A DNA stretch of 64,000 nucleotides from Thiobacillus sp. 65-1059 (lineage in GTDB: Bacteria > Pseudomonadota > Gammaproteobacteria > Burkholderiales > Thiobacillaceae), in NCBI GenBank assembly GCA_001897675.1, contig MKUE01000105.1:2567-66566 (forward strand), given 5' to 3'. Positions 10,594 through 18,107 of this stretch are shown here, piece by piece. A model generated the notes under the pieces. That model had not been told where the DNA came from. It searched no databases and was given only the letters and a program-made list of their open reading frames with translations. The first letter of the stretch is position 1. Each line of letters starts with the position of its first letter. A program made the position numbers and the translations under genes.

Positions 10594-10626
10594 TGGGGGC
10601 GTGCGCCGGAAACTCAAGCGTGCGCG

Positions 10627-10890
10627 TCAGGCACGGGCGAGCAGGGGCACCAGTTCGCCCGCCGCGTCCAGCGCTGAGGTGTCGTCGAAGCCGCCGACGT
10701 GGGTGTCGCCGATGAACACCTGCGGCACGGTGCGGCGGCCGCCGGAGCGTGCGATCATTTCGTCCTGCCTGGCCGGGTCGAGGTCGATGCGGATCTTCTC
10801 GATTTCAGTCACGCCGCGGCTTTTGAGCAGGCGCTCGGCGGCCACGCAATAGGGACAGACGGCGGTGCAATACATCACGACTTTAGCCAT
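10627..10890 (-). CDS. grxC: Glutaredoxin 3
   Basis: 87 aa with the CPYC active site (MYCTAVCPYCVAAERLL) and TVPQVFIGDTHVGGFDD. Confidence 0.93.
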   Translation of the reverse strand: MAKVVMYCTAVCPYCVAAERLLKSRGVTEIEKIRIDLDPARQDEMIARSGGRRTVPQVFIGDTHVGGFDDTSALDAAGELVPLLARA

Positions 10891-10899
10891 GGGGGTTCC

Positions 10900-11316
10900 T
10901 TATTTCTTGGTGACGGGCAGGTTGGCGCGTTCCCACGCCATGATGCCGCCCGCCAGGTTATACACGGTTTCGAAGCCGGCTTTTTTCAGCATGCCGCAGG
11001 CGCGCGCCGAGCGCTGGCCGCTGCGGCAGGCGACCAGGATCGGCTTGCTCTTGAATTTGTCGAGTTCCTGCAGGCGGCCGGCCAGCTGGCCGAGCGGAAT
11101 GTGCCTGGCTTTCGGAATGTGGCCGGCTGCGTATTCCTTGTCCTCGCGCACGTCGAGCACCAGCGCGTCGTCGTTGTACAGCCGGGTGGCTTTCAACGTG
11201 TCGGCCTGCTCCACGCCGGACAGCTTGCCGCCGATGAAGGACCAGGCCAGCATGGCGCCCGACACCAGCGCCAGCGCCACCAGCATCCAGTTGTCCTGCA
11301 GGAATTGCATATCCAT
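10900..11316 (-). CDS. Membrane-anchored rhodanese-domain sulfurtransferase
   Basis: 138 aa with an N-terminal TM (WMLVALALVSGAMLAWSFI), a rhodanese fold and a catalytic loop CRSGQRS. GGAGG SD 6 nt upstream of the ATG. Confidence 0.88.
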   Translation of the reverse strand: MDMQFLQDNWMLVALALVSGAMLAWSFIGGKLSGVEQADTLKATRLYNDDALVLDVREDKEYAAGHIPKARHIPLGQLAGRLQELDKFKSKPILVACRSGQRSARACGMLKKAGFETVYNLAGGIMAWERANLPVTKK

Positions 11317-11328
11317 GAATGCCTCCGC

Positions 11329-11547
11329 TTACAGGCCGCAGCCCGGTTTGACCCCGGCTTTTTTCAGCATGATGTCCAGCGGGCAGAAACGGGTGAGGCC
11401 GGACTGGAACAGGTTGAAGCCGACGAAGGCGGTGAACCACAGCCACGACAGCCGGGTCATGTCGACGCTGCCGGAAAAATGCGCCAGCGCCAGCGACAGC
11501 ATGATGAAAAATCCGGCAATGATGCGGACCATACGTTCAACGGTCAT
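11329..11547 (-). CDS. DUF2892 (YgaP C-terminal-like) small membrane protein
   Basis: 72 aa. The pattern ERMVRIIAGFFIML...GFNLFQSGLTRFCPL matches the YgaP-type TM hairpin. An AGGAG SD sits inside the 3' end of the RND gene and the start overlaps the RND stop by 11 nt. Confidence 0.8.
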   Translation of the reverse strand: MTVERMVRIIAGFFIMLSLALAHFSGSVDMTRLSWLWFTAFVGFNLFQSGLTRFCPLDIMLKKAGVKPGCGL

Positions 11548-14500
11548 GAGATAACTCCTGGTTCAAAGAAGAGAATTTACGGTAATTGGCGGCGTAATAC
11601 AGCACCGGGATCACCACCAGCGTGAGCAGGGTGGAGACGAAAATACCGAAAATCAGGGACACCGCGAGGCCGCTGAAAATCGGGTCGTCGAGGATGAAGA
11701 AGGCGCCCATCATGGCCGCCAGCCCGGTCAGCACGATCGGCTTGGCGCGGGTGGCGCCGGCCTGGATGACCGCTTCCTGGAAGTCCATTCCGCCGCGCAC
11801 CTGCTCGTTGACGAAATCGACCAGCAGGATGGAGTTGCGCACGATGATGCCGGCCAGCGCGATCATCCCGATCATCGAGGTGGCGGTGAACTGCGCGCCG
11901 AGCAGGGCGTGGCCGGGCATCACGCCGATGATGGTGAGCGGGATCGGCGCCATGATGACGAGCGGCGTCAGATAGCTCTTGAACTGCGCCACCACCAGGA
12001 TGTAGATCAGGATCAGCCCGACGGCATAGGCGATGCCCATGTCGCGGAAGGTTTCGTAGGTCACCTGCCATTCGCCGTCCCATTTCAGGCTGAATCCGGC
12101 GTAGGGATCGGCCGGCTGGCGGACGAAATACTCGGCCAGCGTGCCGCCCTGTTCCAGCGCCTTGTCCTTCAATTCCGCGCGCATGCCGAACAGGCCGTAC
12201 AGCGGCGAATCCAGCTTGCCGCCGGCGTCGCCGAAGACGAATACCACCGGCAGCAGATCCTTGTGGTAGATGGTCTTTTCGCGCGCGCTCGGCATCACTT
12301 CCACCAACTCGGACAACGGGATCAAATGGCCGCCGCTGCCGCGCACGCTCAGTTTCAGCAGTTCGTCGATGCCGCTCAGGCGCTCCGGCGGCAGCGTGAT
12401 GCGCACCGGAATCTCGTACTTGGCGCCGCTGCCGTGGATGGGGGTGACGTTCTCGCCCGCCAGCCCCATCCGCATCGCCGCGACGATATCCTTCTGCGCC
12501 ACGCCCGCCATCGCCGCCTTGTTCTGCATGACGCGCAGCACGAAGCGCTGGGCGTCGTCCTCCACCGTGTCGTCGATCGCCACGATGCCCTCGGACTGCT
12601 CGAATACCTTGCGCACCTGCTTGGCGACCTGGATCTGCGCGTCGTAATCGGGGCCGTAGATTTCGGCGACGATCGGCGACATCACCGGCGGGCCGGGCGG
12701 CACTTCGACCACCTTGACGTCGGCGCCGTGCTTTCTGGCGACCGCCTCGACCGCGGGGCGGATCGCCTGCGCGATCTCGTGGCTCTTGCGGTCGCGCGCG
12801 TGCTTGTCAACCAGGTTCACCTGCAGGTCGCCGACCTCGGGGCCGGAACGCAGGTAATACTGTCGCACCAGGCCGTTGAAATTGATCGGCGCCGCGGTGC
12901 CGGCGTAGGCCTGGTAGTCGGTGACTTCGGGCACCTGCGCGACGACCGTGCCCATTTCGCTCAACACCTGCGCGGTTTTCTCCAGCGGCGTGCCGACCGG
13001 CATGTCGACGATGATCTGGAATTCCGACTTGTTGTCGAACGGCAGCATTTTCAAAATCACCAGCTGCACCGCCGGCAGCGCGACCGACAGCAGGATGGCG
13101 AGGCCGATGCCCAGCCACAGCTTGCGGCGCGCGCCGCGGCCTTCGACGCCGCGCAGGAAGGGGGTCAGCCGGGTGCGGAACAGCCCGAGCAGCCTGGGTT
13201 CGCCGCCGTGGCCGGCGTGCGCGCCCTGCTTGATGAGCTTGAGCGCCAGCCAGGGGGTGACGACGAAAGCGATCGCCAGCGAGATCAGCATGCCGATCGA
13301 GGCGTTGATCGGGATCGGGCTCATGTACGGCCCCATCAGGCCGGAGACGAAGGCCATCGGCAAAAGCGCGGCGATGACGGTGAGGGTGGCGAGGATGGTC
13401 GGGCCGCCGACTTCGTCGACCGCGCGCGGAATGATCGCTGTGAGGCCGTCGTGGTCGAGCCCCATGCGGCGGTGGATGTTTTCCACCACCACGATGGCGT
13501 CGTCGACCAGGATGCCGATCGAGAAGATCAGCGCGAACAGCGACACCCGGTTGAGCGTGAAGCCCCAGGCCCACGAGGCGAACAGCGTGGCGGCCAGCGT
13601 CAACAGCACCGCTGCGCCGACGATCAGCGCCTCGCGGCGGCCGAGCGCGAACAGCACCAGCAGCACCACCGAGGCGGTGGCGAAGATCAGCTTCTGGATC
13701 AGCTTCTTGGCCTTGTCGTCGGCGGTGGCGCCGTAGTTGCGGGTGACGCTGGCTTCGATGCCTTCGGGCAGCACGCTGTTGCGCAGGGCGTCGACGCGGG
13801 CAATCACCTTTTCCGCGACGTCGACCGCGTTTTCGCCCGGCTTTTTGGAAATGGCGAGCGTCACCGCCGGATAGGTCTGGCCCTTGTCGGCCTGGTGCGT
13901 GCCGCCTGCGCCGGGGCCGTGCCAGACGTAGCGGGTGGGCTGGTCGGGGCCGGCAACGACGCTGGCAATGTCGCTCATGTAGACCGGGCGGCCTTGCGCG
14001 ACGCCGATCACCAGCTGCCTGACGTCCTCGGCGCCGGTGAGGAAGGTGCCGGTCTGCACCAGGATTTCCTGGTTGTTGGATACCAGCGTGCCGGACGGCT
14101 GCGCCGCGTTGGCGACCTGCAGGGCGTCGCGGATGTCCTGCGGCGAGATGCCGAATGCCGCCATGCGGTCGGGATCCATCATCACCCGCACCGCGCGGCC
14201 GGGGCCGCCGACGGTGACGACCTCGCGGGTGCCGGCGATGCGCTTCAGCTCGATTTCCGCGGCGTGCGCCGCCTGCTCCAGTTCGTAGGCGCCGCGCGTC
14301 TCGTCGCGCGTCCACAGGGTGACGGTGACGATCGGCACGTCGTCGATGCCGAGTGGCTTGATGATGGGTTCGCCGACCCCGAGTTCGGGCGAGACCCAGT
14401 CGCGGTTGGCCTGGATGGCGTCGTACAGCCGCACCAGCGCCTGGGTGCGGTCCTGGCCGACGAGGTACTGCACGGTCAGCACCGCCATCCCGGGCTTGGA

Positions 14501-14758
14501 CACGGAATAAATGTGTTCGATGCCGGCGATCTGCGACAGCACCTGCTCGGCGGGGGTGGCGACCAGCGCCTCCACGTCCTTCGCCGAGGCGCCGGGGAAG
14601 GGGATGAACACGTTGGCCATGGTCACGTTGATCTGCGGCTCTTCCTCGCGCGGCGTGACCAGGATGGCGAACAGCCCCAGCAGGGCCGCGATCAGCGCGA
14701 TCAGCGGGGTGAGCTGGGATGTGAGGAAAAAACGGGCGACGCGTCCGGAGAGTCCCAT
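11537..14758 (-). CDS. RND efflux transporter permease (AcrB/AcrD/AcrF superfamily)
   Basis: About 1073 aa with 12-TM RND topology and two large periplasmic loops. N-terminus MGLSGRVARFFLTSQLTPLIALIAALLG...REEEPQI. I prefer ATG 14758 (AGGA SD 6 nt upstream) over the track's GTG 14764. Confidence 0.92.
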   Translation of the reverse strand: MGLSGRVARFFLTSQLTPLIALIAALLGLFAILVTPREEEPQINVTMANVFIPFPGASAKDVEALVATPAEQVLSQIAGIEHIYSVSKPGMAVLTVQYLVGQDRTQALVRLYDAIQANRDWVSPELGVGEPIIKPLGIDDVPIVTVTLWTRDETRGAYELEQAAHAAEIELKRIAGTREVVTVGGPGRAVRVMMDPDRMAAFGISPQDIRDALQVANAAQPSGTLVSNNQEILVQTGTFLTGAEDVRQLVIGVAQGRPVYMSDIASVVAGPDQPTRYVWHGPGAGGTHQADKGQTYPAVTLAISKKPGENAVDVAEKVIARVDALRNSVLPEGIEASVTRNYGATADDKAKKLIQKLIFATASVVLLVLFALGRREALIVGAAVLLTLAATLFASWAWGFTLNRVSLFALIFSIGILVDDAIVVVENIHRRMGLDHDGLTAIIPRAVDEVGGPTILATLTVIAALLPMAFVSGLMGPYMSPIPINASIGMLISLAIAFVVTPWLALKLIKQGAHAGHGGEPRLLGLFRTRLTPFLRGVEGRGARRKLWLGIGLAILLSVALPAVQLVILKMLPFDNKSEFQIIVDMPVGTPLEKTAQVLSEMGTVVAQVPEVTDYQAYAGTAAPINFNGLVRQYYLRSGPEVGDLQVNLVDKHARDRKSHEIAQAIRPAVEAVARKHGADVKVVEVPPGPPVMSPIVAEIYGPDYDAQIQVAKQVRKVFEQSEGIVAIDDTVEDDAQRFVLRVMQNKAAMAGVAQKDIVAAMRMGLAGENVTPIHGSGAKYEIPVRITLPPERLSGIDELLKLSVRGSGGHLIPLSELVEVMPSAREKTIYHKDLLPVVFVFGDAGGKLDSPLYGLFGMRAELKDKALEQGGTLAEYFVRQPADPYAGFSLKWDGEWQVTYETFRDMGIAYAVGLILIYILVVAQFKSYLTPLVIMAPIPLTIIGVMPGHALLGAQFTATSMIGMIALAGIIVRNSILLVDFVNEQVRGGMDFQEAVIQAGATRAKPIVLTGLAAMMGAFFILDDPIFSGLAVSLIFGIFVSTLLTLVVIPVLYYAANYRKFSSLNQELSHDR

Positions 14759-14770
14759 GCGCACTCCTGC

Positions 14771-15811
14771 TTATTTGGCGGACGGGTTGGCGGCGCTTTT
14801 GGCGTAAATCCCCGCCTTCACCGGTTCGAGCGCAATGATGTCGCCCGGGTTGAGGCCGGCCAGCACCTCCACCTGCCCGCGCGCCTGGGGCGTGCCCAGG
14901 CGAACCTGCCGCAGGCTCACCTTGTCCCGGTTCACCACGTAGACCGCGGTGATTTCGGAGCGGCGCACCACGGCGCTGGCCGGGATGCTGAGCTTGCGCG
15001 CGCTGGCCACCGAAAAATGCGCCCGCGCGAACATGCCAGGGATGACGCCTTCCAGGCCGGCCGGCAGGTCGATGCGCACCTTGACGGTGTGGGTGGCGGC
15101 ATCGGCCGACGGCAGCACGGTGACGCCGGCGGCGTCGATCCATTTGTCGAGCGAAGGAATTTCAATCGCGACACGCGGCGCGGCCTTCACCTCGGCCAGC
15201 TTGTACTGCGGAATGTTGGCGACCACCCGCATGTCCTTGGGGTCGAAACCGGTCATCAAGGGCTTTCCGGGCGTCACGGTTTCCCCCACCTCGACGTGGC
15301 GGGCGGCGACCACCCCGGAAAATGGCGCAGTAATCACGGTGTAGCCGCTTACTGCTGCGGATTGCCCTGCCCCGGCGCGGGCAGCGCGGGCGGCCGCTTC
15401 GGCCGCGCGGAATTCGGCGGTGGCGCGGTCGAGTGCGGCCTGGCTGATGAATTTCTGCTGGAACAGCTGCTGCTGGCGCTCGTAATTGGCGCGTGCGTTG
15501 GCCAGCGTGGCGGCGGCCTGCGCCACTTGCGCCTGGCTGCCCGCCACGGCGGAGGACAACTCCTGCGCCGACAGCCGCACGATCACCGAGCCCGCCTTGA
15601 CGTAATCGCCGGCATCGAAATTGACCGCTGCCACGCGTCCCGACACCTGGGCGGCGACGGTCGATTGCTTGACGGCTTCAACCGTGGCTTCGGTGGAGTA
15701 GCCGCTGTCGGTCATCTGGTATTGCACCGGGGCAACGGCGAAAGGCAGGGCGGCCCAGGCGGCGGGAGAGGCAAGGATGACGCAGGCAAGTAGACGAGCG
15801 GGGTTCAGCAC
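14771..15811 (-). CDS. RND efflux periplasmic adaptor subunit
   Basis: Trimmed to GTG 15811 (GGAG SD about 8 nt upstream). This gives the signal/anchor LNPARLLACVILASPAAWA, a coiled coil (AVAGSQAQVAQAAATLANARANYERQQQLF) and barrel domains. The track's longer 407-aa N-terminus has no support. Confidence 0.85.
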   Translation of the reverse strand: MLNPARLLACVILASPAAWAALPFAVAPVQYQMTDSGYSTEATVEAVKQSTVAAQVSGRVAAVNFDAGDYVKAGSVIVRLSAQELSSAVAGSQAQVAQAAATLANARANYERQQQLFQQKFISQAALDRATAEFRAAEAAARAARAGAGQSAAVSGYTVITAPFSGVVAARHVEVGETVTPGKPLMTGFDPKDMRVVANIPQYKLAEVKAAPRVAIEIPSLDKWIDAAGVTVLPSADAATHTVKVRIDLPAGLEGVIPGMFARAHFSVASARKLSIPASAVVRRSEITAVYVVNRDKVSLRQVRLGTPQARGQVEVLAGLNPGDIIALEPVKAGIYAKSAANPSAK

Positions 15812-15838
15812 AGATGCGACTCCGTGAAACGGTCCATT

Positions 15839-15867
15839 AGAATAATCTAATTTACCATTCGATTCAA
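15839..15867 (-). promoter_or_regulatory. Candidate sigma70 promoter of the RND operon with an overlapping inverted-repeat operator
   Basis: Minus strand: TTGAAT (15867-15862), 17-nt spacer, TATTCT (15844-15839). The inverted repeat ATTAGA-N4-TCTAAT (15836-15851) overlaps the -10 element. The segment is AT-rich in an otherwise GC-rich region. Confidence 0.5.
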
Positions 15868-15987
15868 TAATTTGGGCAATGTTTCCCGCCCGGGCGGTAG
15901 GATTGCGGCAGGTTTCAAGTATGCCCCACATGGGGGCGCCTATCCACCGCCGCCGCGCGCAGGACGGCGGATGCAATGCCGCACCAT

Positions 15988-16023
15988 AAAACAAAAGCCC
16001 GGCACGTCTGCGCGTGGCCGGGC
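15988..16023 (-). terminator. Rho-independent terminator after the ArsR-family gene
   Basis: Minus strand: GCCCGGCCAC...GTGCCGGGC stem (one bulge) followed by TTTTGTTTTA, about 20 nt past the regulator stop. Confidence 0.55.
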
Positions 16024-16043
16024 CCGGGATGTCGACTCGCTGG

Positions 16044-16373
16044 TTACTTGGTGAAACCGCAGAAAACGTCGCGCATCATCCCCAGAAGCTTCAGCGTGCG
16101 GGTGTCGCCGACGCGATAAAACACCCGGTTGGCGTCCTTGCGGGTGCGCAATACGCCCTTGTCGCGCAGGATGGCCAGGTGCTGCGAGATATTGCTTTGC
16201 GAGGTGCCGACGTGGTCGACGATGTCCTGCACGCTGACCTCCTTGTCGCCCAGGACGCAAAGGATTTTCAGACGCAGCGGATGCGACATGGCTTTCATCG
16301 CACGCGAAGCCTGTTCGATGTGCTCGTCCTTGTCCATGAGGTCCACTTCGTCCCAATCGGCTGCCATATTCAT
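16044..16373 (-). CDS. ArsR/SmtB-family transcriptional regulator, two-Cys SqrR/BigR/YgaV-like
   Basis: Trimmed to ATG 16373 (ATG 16367 is also possible). wHTH core SHPLRLKILCVLGDKEVSVQDIVDHVGTSQSNISQHLAILRDKGVL. It has only two Cys, C39 and C105, counted from the 16373 start. Confidence 0.85.
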   Translation of the reverse strand: MNMAADWDEVDLMDKDEHIEQASRAMKAMSHPLRLKILCVLGDKEVSVQDIVDHVGTSQSNISQHLAILRDKGVLRTRKDANRVFYRVGDTRTLKLLGMMRDVFCGFTK

Positions 16374-16449
16374 TACCTCGATCCTGTTCGTGTAGTACCC
16401 TGACGCGGCGCGGTTTTTTGCTGAAACCCGCGTGATACCGCATTTTGAA

Positions 16450-16461
16450 GCAACATGTTGC
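16450..16461. promoter_or_regulatory. Perfect 12-bp palindrome GCAACATGTTGC in the arsR-gpmI divergent region
   Basis: Read directly from the sequence. It sits in an AT-rich stretch about 77-88 nt upstream of the regulator ATG and about 76 nt upstream of gpmI. Confidence 0.4.
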
Positions 16462-16536
16462 ATTGCGTATAGATTAGCAATCACGCATATATTAAAATAA
16501 TCCCATGAAAACAAGTCAGGTTATACAAATTTTTTC

Positions 16537-18078
16537 ATGAAGACCTCGCCGGTTCTCCTTCTCATCCTCGACGGTTTCGGTTGCCGCGCGGAGCGCGCGG
16601 ACAATGCGATCGCGCAAGCCAGCAAACCCAACTGGGACCGGCTCTGGAAGCATAACCCGCACACCCTGATCCACGCTTCCGAGTCCGAAGTGGGGCTGCC
16701 CAAGGGGCAAATGGGGAATTCCGAGGTGGGGCATCTCAACATCGGCGCGGGACGCGTGGTGTATCAGGAGTTCACCCGCATCGACCACGCCATCGAGTCC
16801 GGTTATTTCTACACCAACCCGGCGCTGCTGAATGCGGTGCATCGGGTGCGCGACCAGGACAAGACCCTGCATGTGCTGGGCCTGCTGTCGGACGGCGGCG
16901 TGCATAGCCACGAGTCGCACTTCCACGCCTTGCTGGAACTGGCGGCGCGCGAAGGACTGCGCAAGGTGTGCCTGCATGTGTTTCTGGATGGCCGCGACAC
17001 GCCGCCGAAAAGCGCCGAGACCTACCTGCGCCGCCTGATCGCAAAAACCGAACAGGCTGGCGTCGGCCACATCGCGTCGATGATCGGTCGCTACTATGCG
17101 ATGGACCGCGACCGCCGCTGGCAACGGGTCAAAGCTGCGTACGACTTGCTGACGCAGGGGCGTGCCGAGTTTCGCGCCGACGATCCGCTGGCCGGGCTGG
17201 AGGCCGCATACGCGCGCGGCGAGACCGATGAGTTCATCAAGGCCACCGCGATCCTGCCGCCGGATGCCGGGCCGGTGAAGATGGAAGACGGCGATGCGGT
17301 GATCTTTCTCAACTTCCGCTCCGACCGCGCGCGGCAGCTGTCGCGGCCGTTCATCGAATCCGATTTCAGCGAATTCGAACGCGAAGTCACGCCGCGCCTG
17401 GCCACCTACTGCACGTTGACCGGCTACAGCGACGACTTCGATGTGTCGGTCGCATTTCCGCCCGAGCGCATCAAGAATGGCCTGGGCGAATACGTCGCCA
17501 ACCTCGGCCTGCGCCAGCTGCGCATTGCCGAAACCGAAAAATATCCGCACGTCACTTTCTTTTTCAACGGCGGCGAGGAAATTTCCTTTCCCGGCGAAGA
17601 TCGCGTGCTGGTGCCGTCTCCCGACGTTGCAACCTACGACCTCAAACCCGAAATGAGCGCTTTCGAGGTCACCGACAAACTGCTCGCGGCAATCAACGGC
17701 AAACAGTACGACGTCATCGTCTGCAACTACGCCAACCCCGACATGGTGGGGCATACCGGTGATCTGCAGGCGGCGATCAAGGCCATCGAAACCGTCGACA
17801 CCTGCCTGGGCCGGGTGGTGGAGGCACAGCTGGCGCGCGGCGGCGAAGTGCTGGTGACGGCCGACCACGGCAACGCCGAGCTGATGCGCGACGCCGAAAC
17901 CGGGCAGGCGCATACCGCGCACACCATGAATCTGGTGCCGCTCATCTATATCGGGCGGCGCCGCGCCACGCTGGCCGAAACCGGCGCGCTCGAAGACGTC
18001 AGCCCGACCCTGCTGAAAATGATGGGATTGCCGCAACCCCCTGAAATGACGGGCGAAGCCCTGCTTCAATTTGAGTAA
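16537..18078 (+). CDS. gpmI: 2,3-bisphosphoglycerate-independent phosphoglycerate mutase
   Basis: 513 aa. LLILDGFG, MGNSEVGHLNIGAGR and ADHGNAE motifs; full-length collinearity with iPGM. Confidence 0.96.
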   Translation: MKTSPVLLLILDGFGCRAERADNAIAQASKPNWDRLWKHNPHTLIHASESEVGLPKGQMGNSEVGHLNIGAGRVVYQEFTRIDHAIESGYFYTNPALLNAVHRVRDQDKTLHVLGLLSDGGVHSHESHFHALLELAAREGLRKVCLHVFLDGRDTPPKSAETYLRRLIAKTEQAGVGHIASMIGRYYAMDRDRRWQRVKAAYDLLTQGRAEFRADDPLAGLEAAYARGETDEFIKATAILPPDAGPVKMEDGDAVIFLNFRSDRARQLSRPFIESDFSEFEREVTPRLATYCTLTGYSDDFDVSVAFPPERIKNGLGEYVANLGLRQLRIAETEKYPHVTFFFNGGEEISFPGEDRVLVPSPDVATYDLKPEMSAFEVTDKLLAAINGKQYDVIVCNYANPDMVGHTGDLQAAIKAIETVDTCLGRVVEAQLARGGEVLVTADHGNAELMRDAETGQAHTAHTMNLVPLIYIGRRRATLAETGALEDVSPTLLKMMGLPQPPEMTGEALLQFE

Positions 18079-18107
18079 GCCCGCCCGCTTCGGGTAAGCT
18101 CGGCAGG

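Noticed and set aside
11909-15793. 1294-aa plus-strand ORF, plus the 778-aa minus off-frame ORF at 12807-15143
   Set aside because: These are antisense or off-frame relative to the RND pump and adaptor genes, which have clear family features. The translations are low-complexity (runs of RR, GG, DD, HH).
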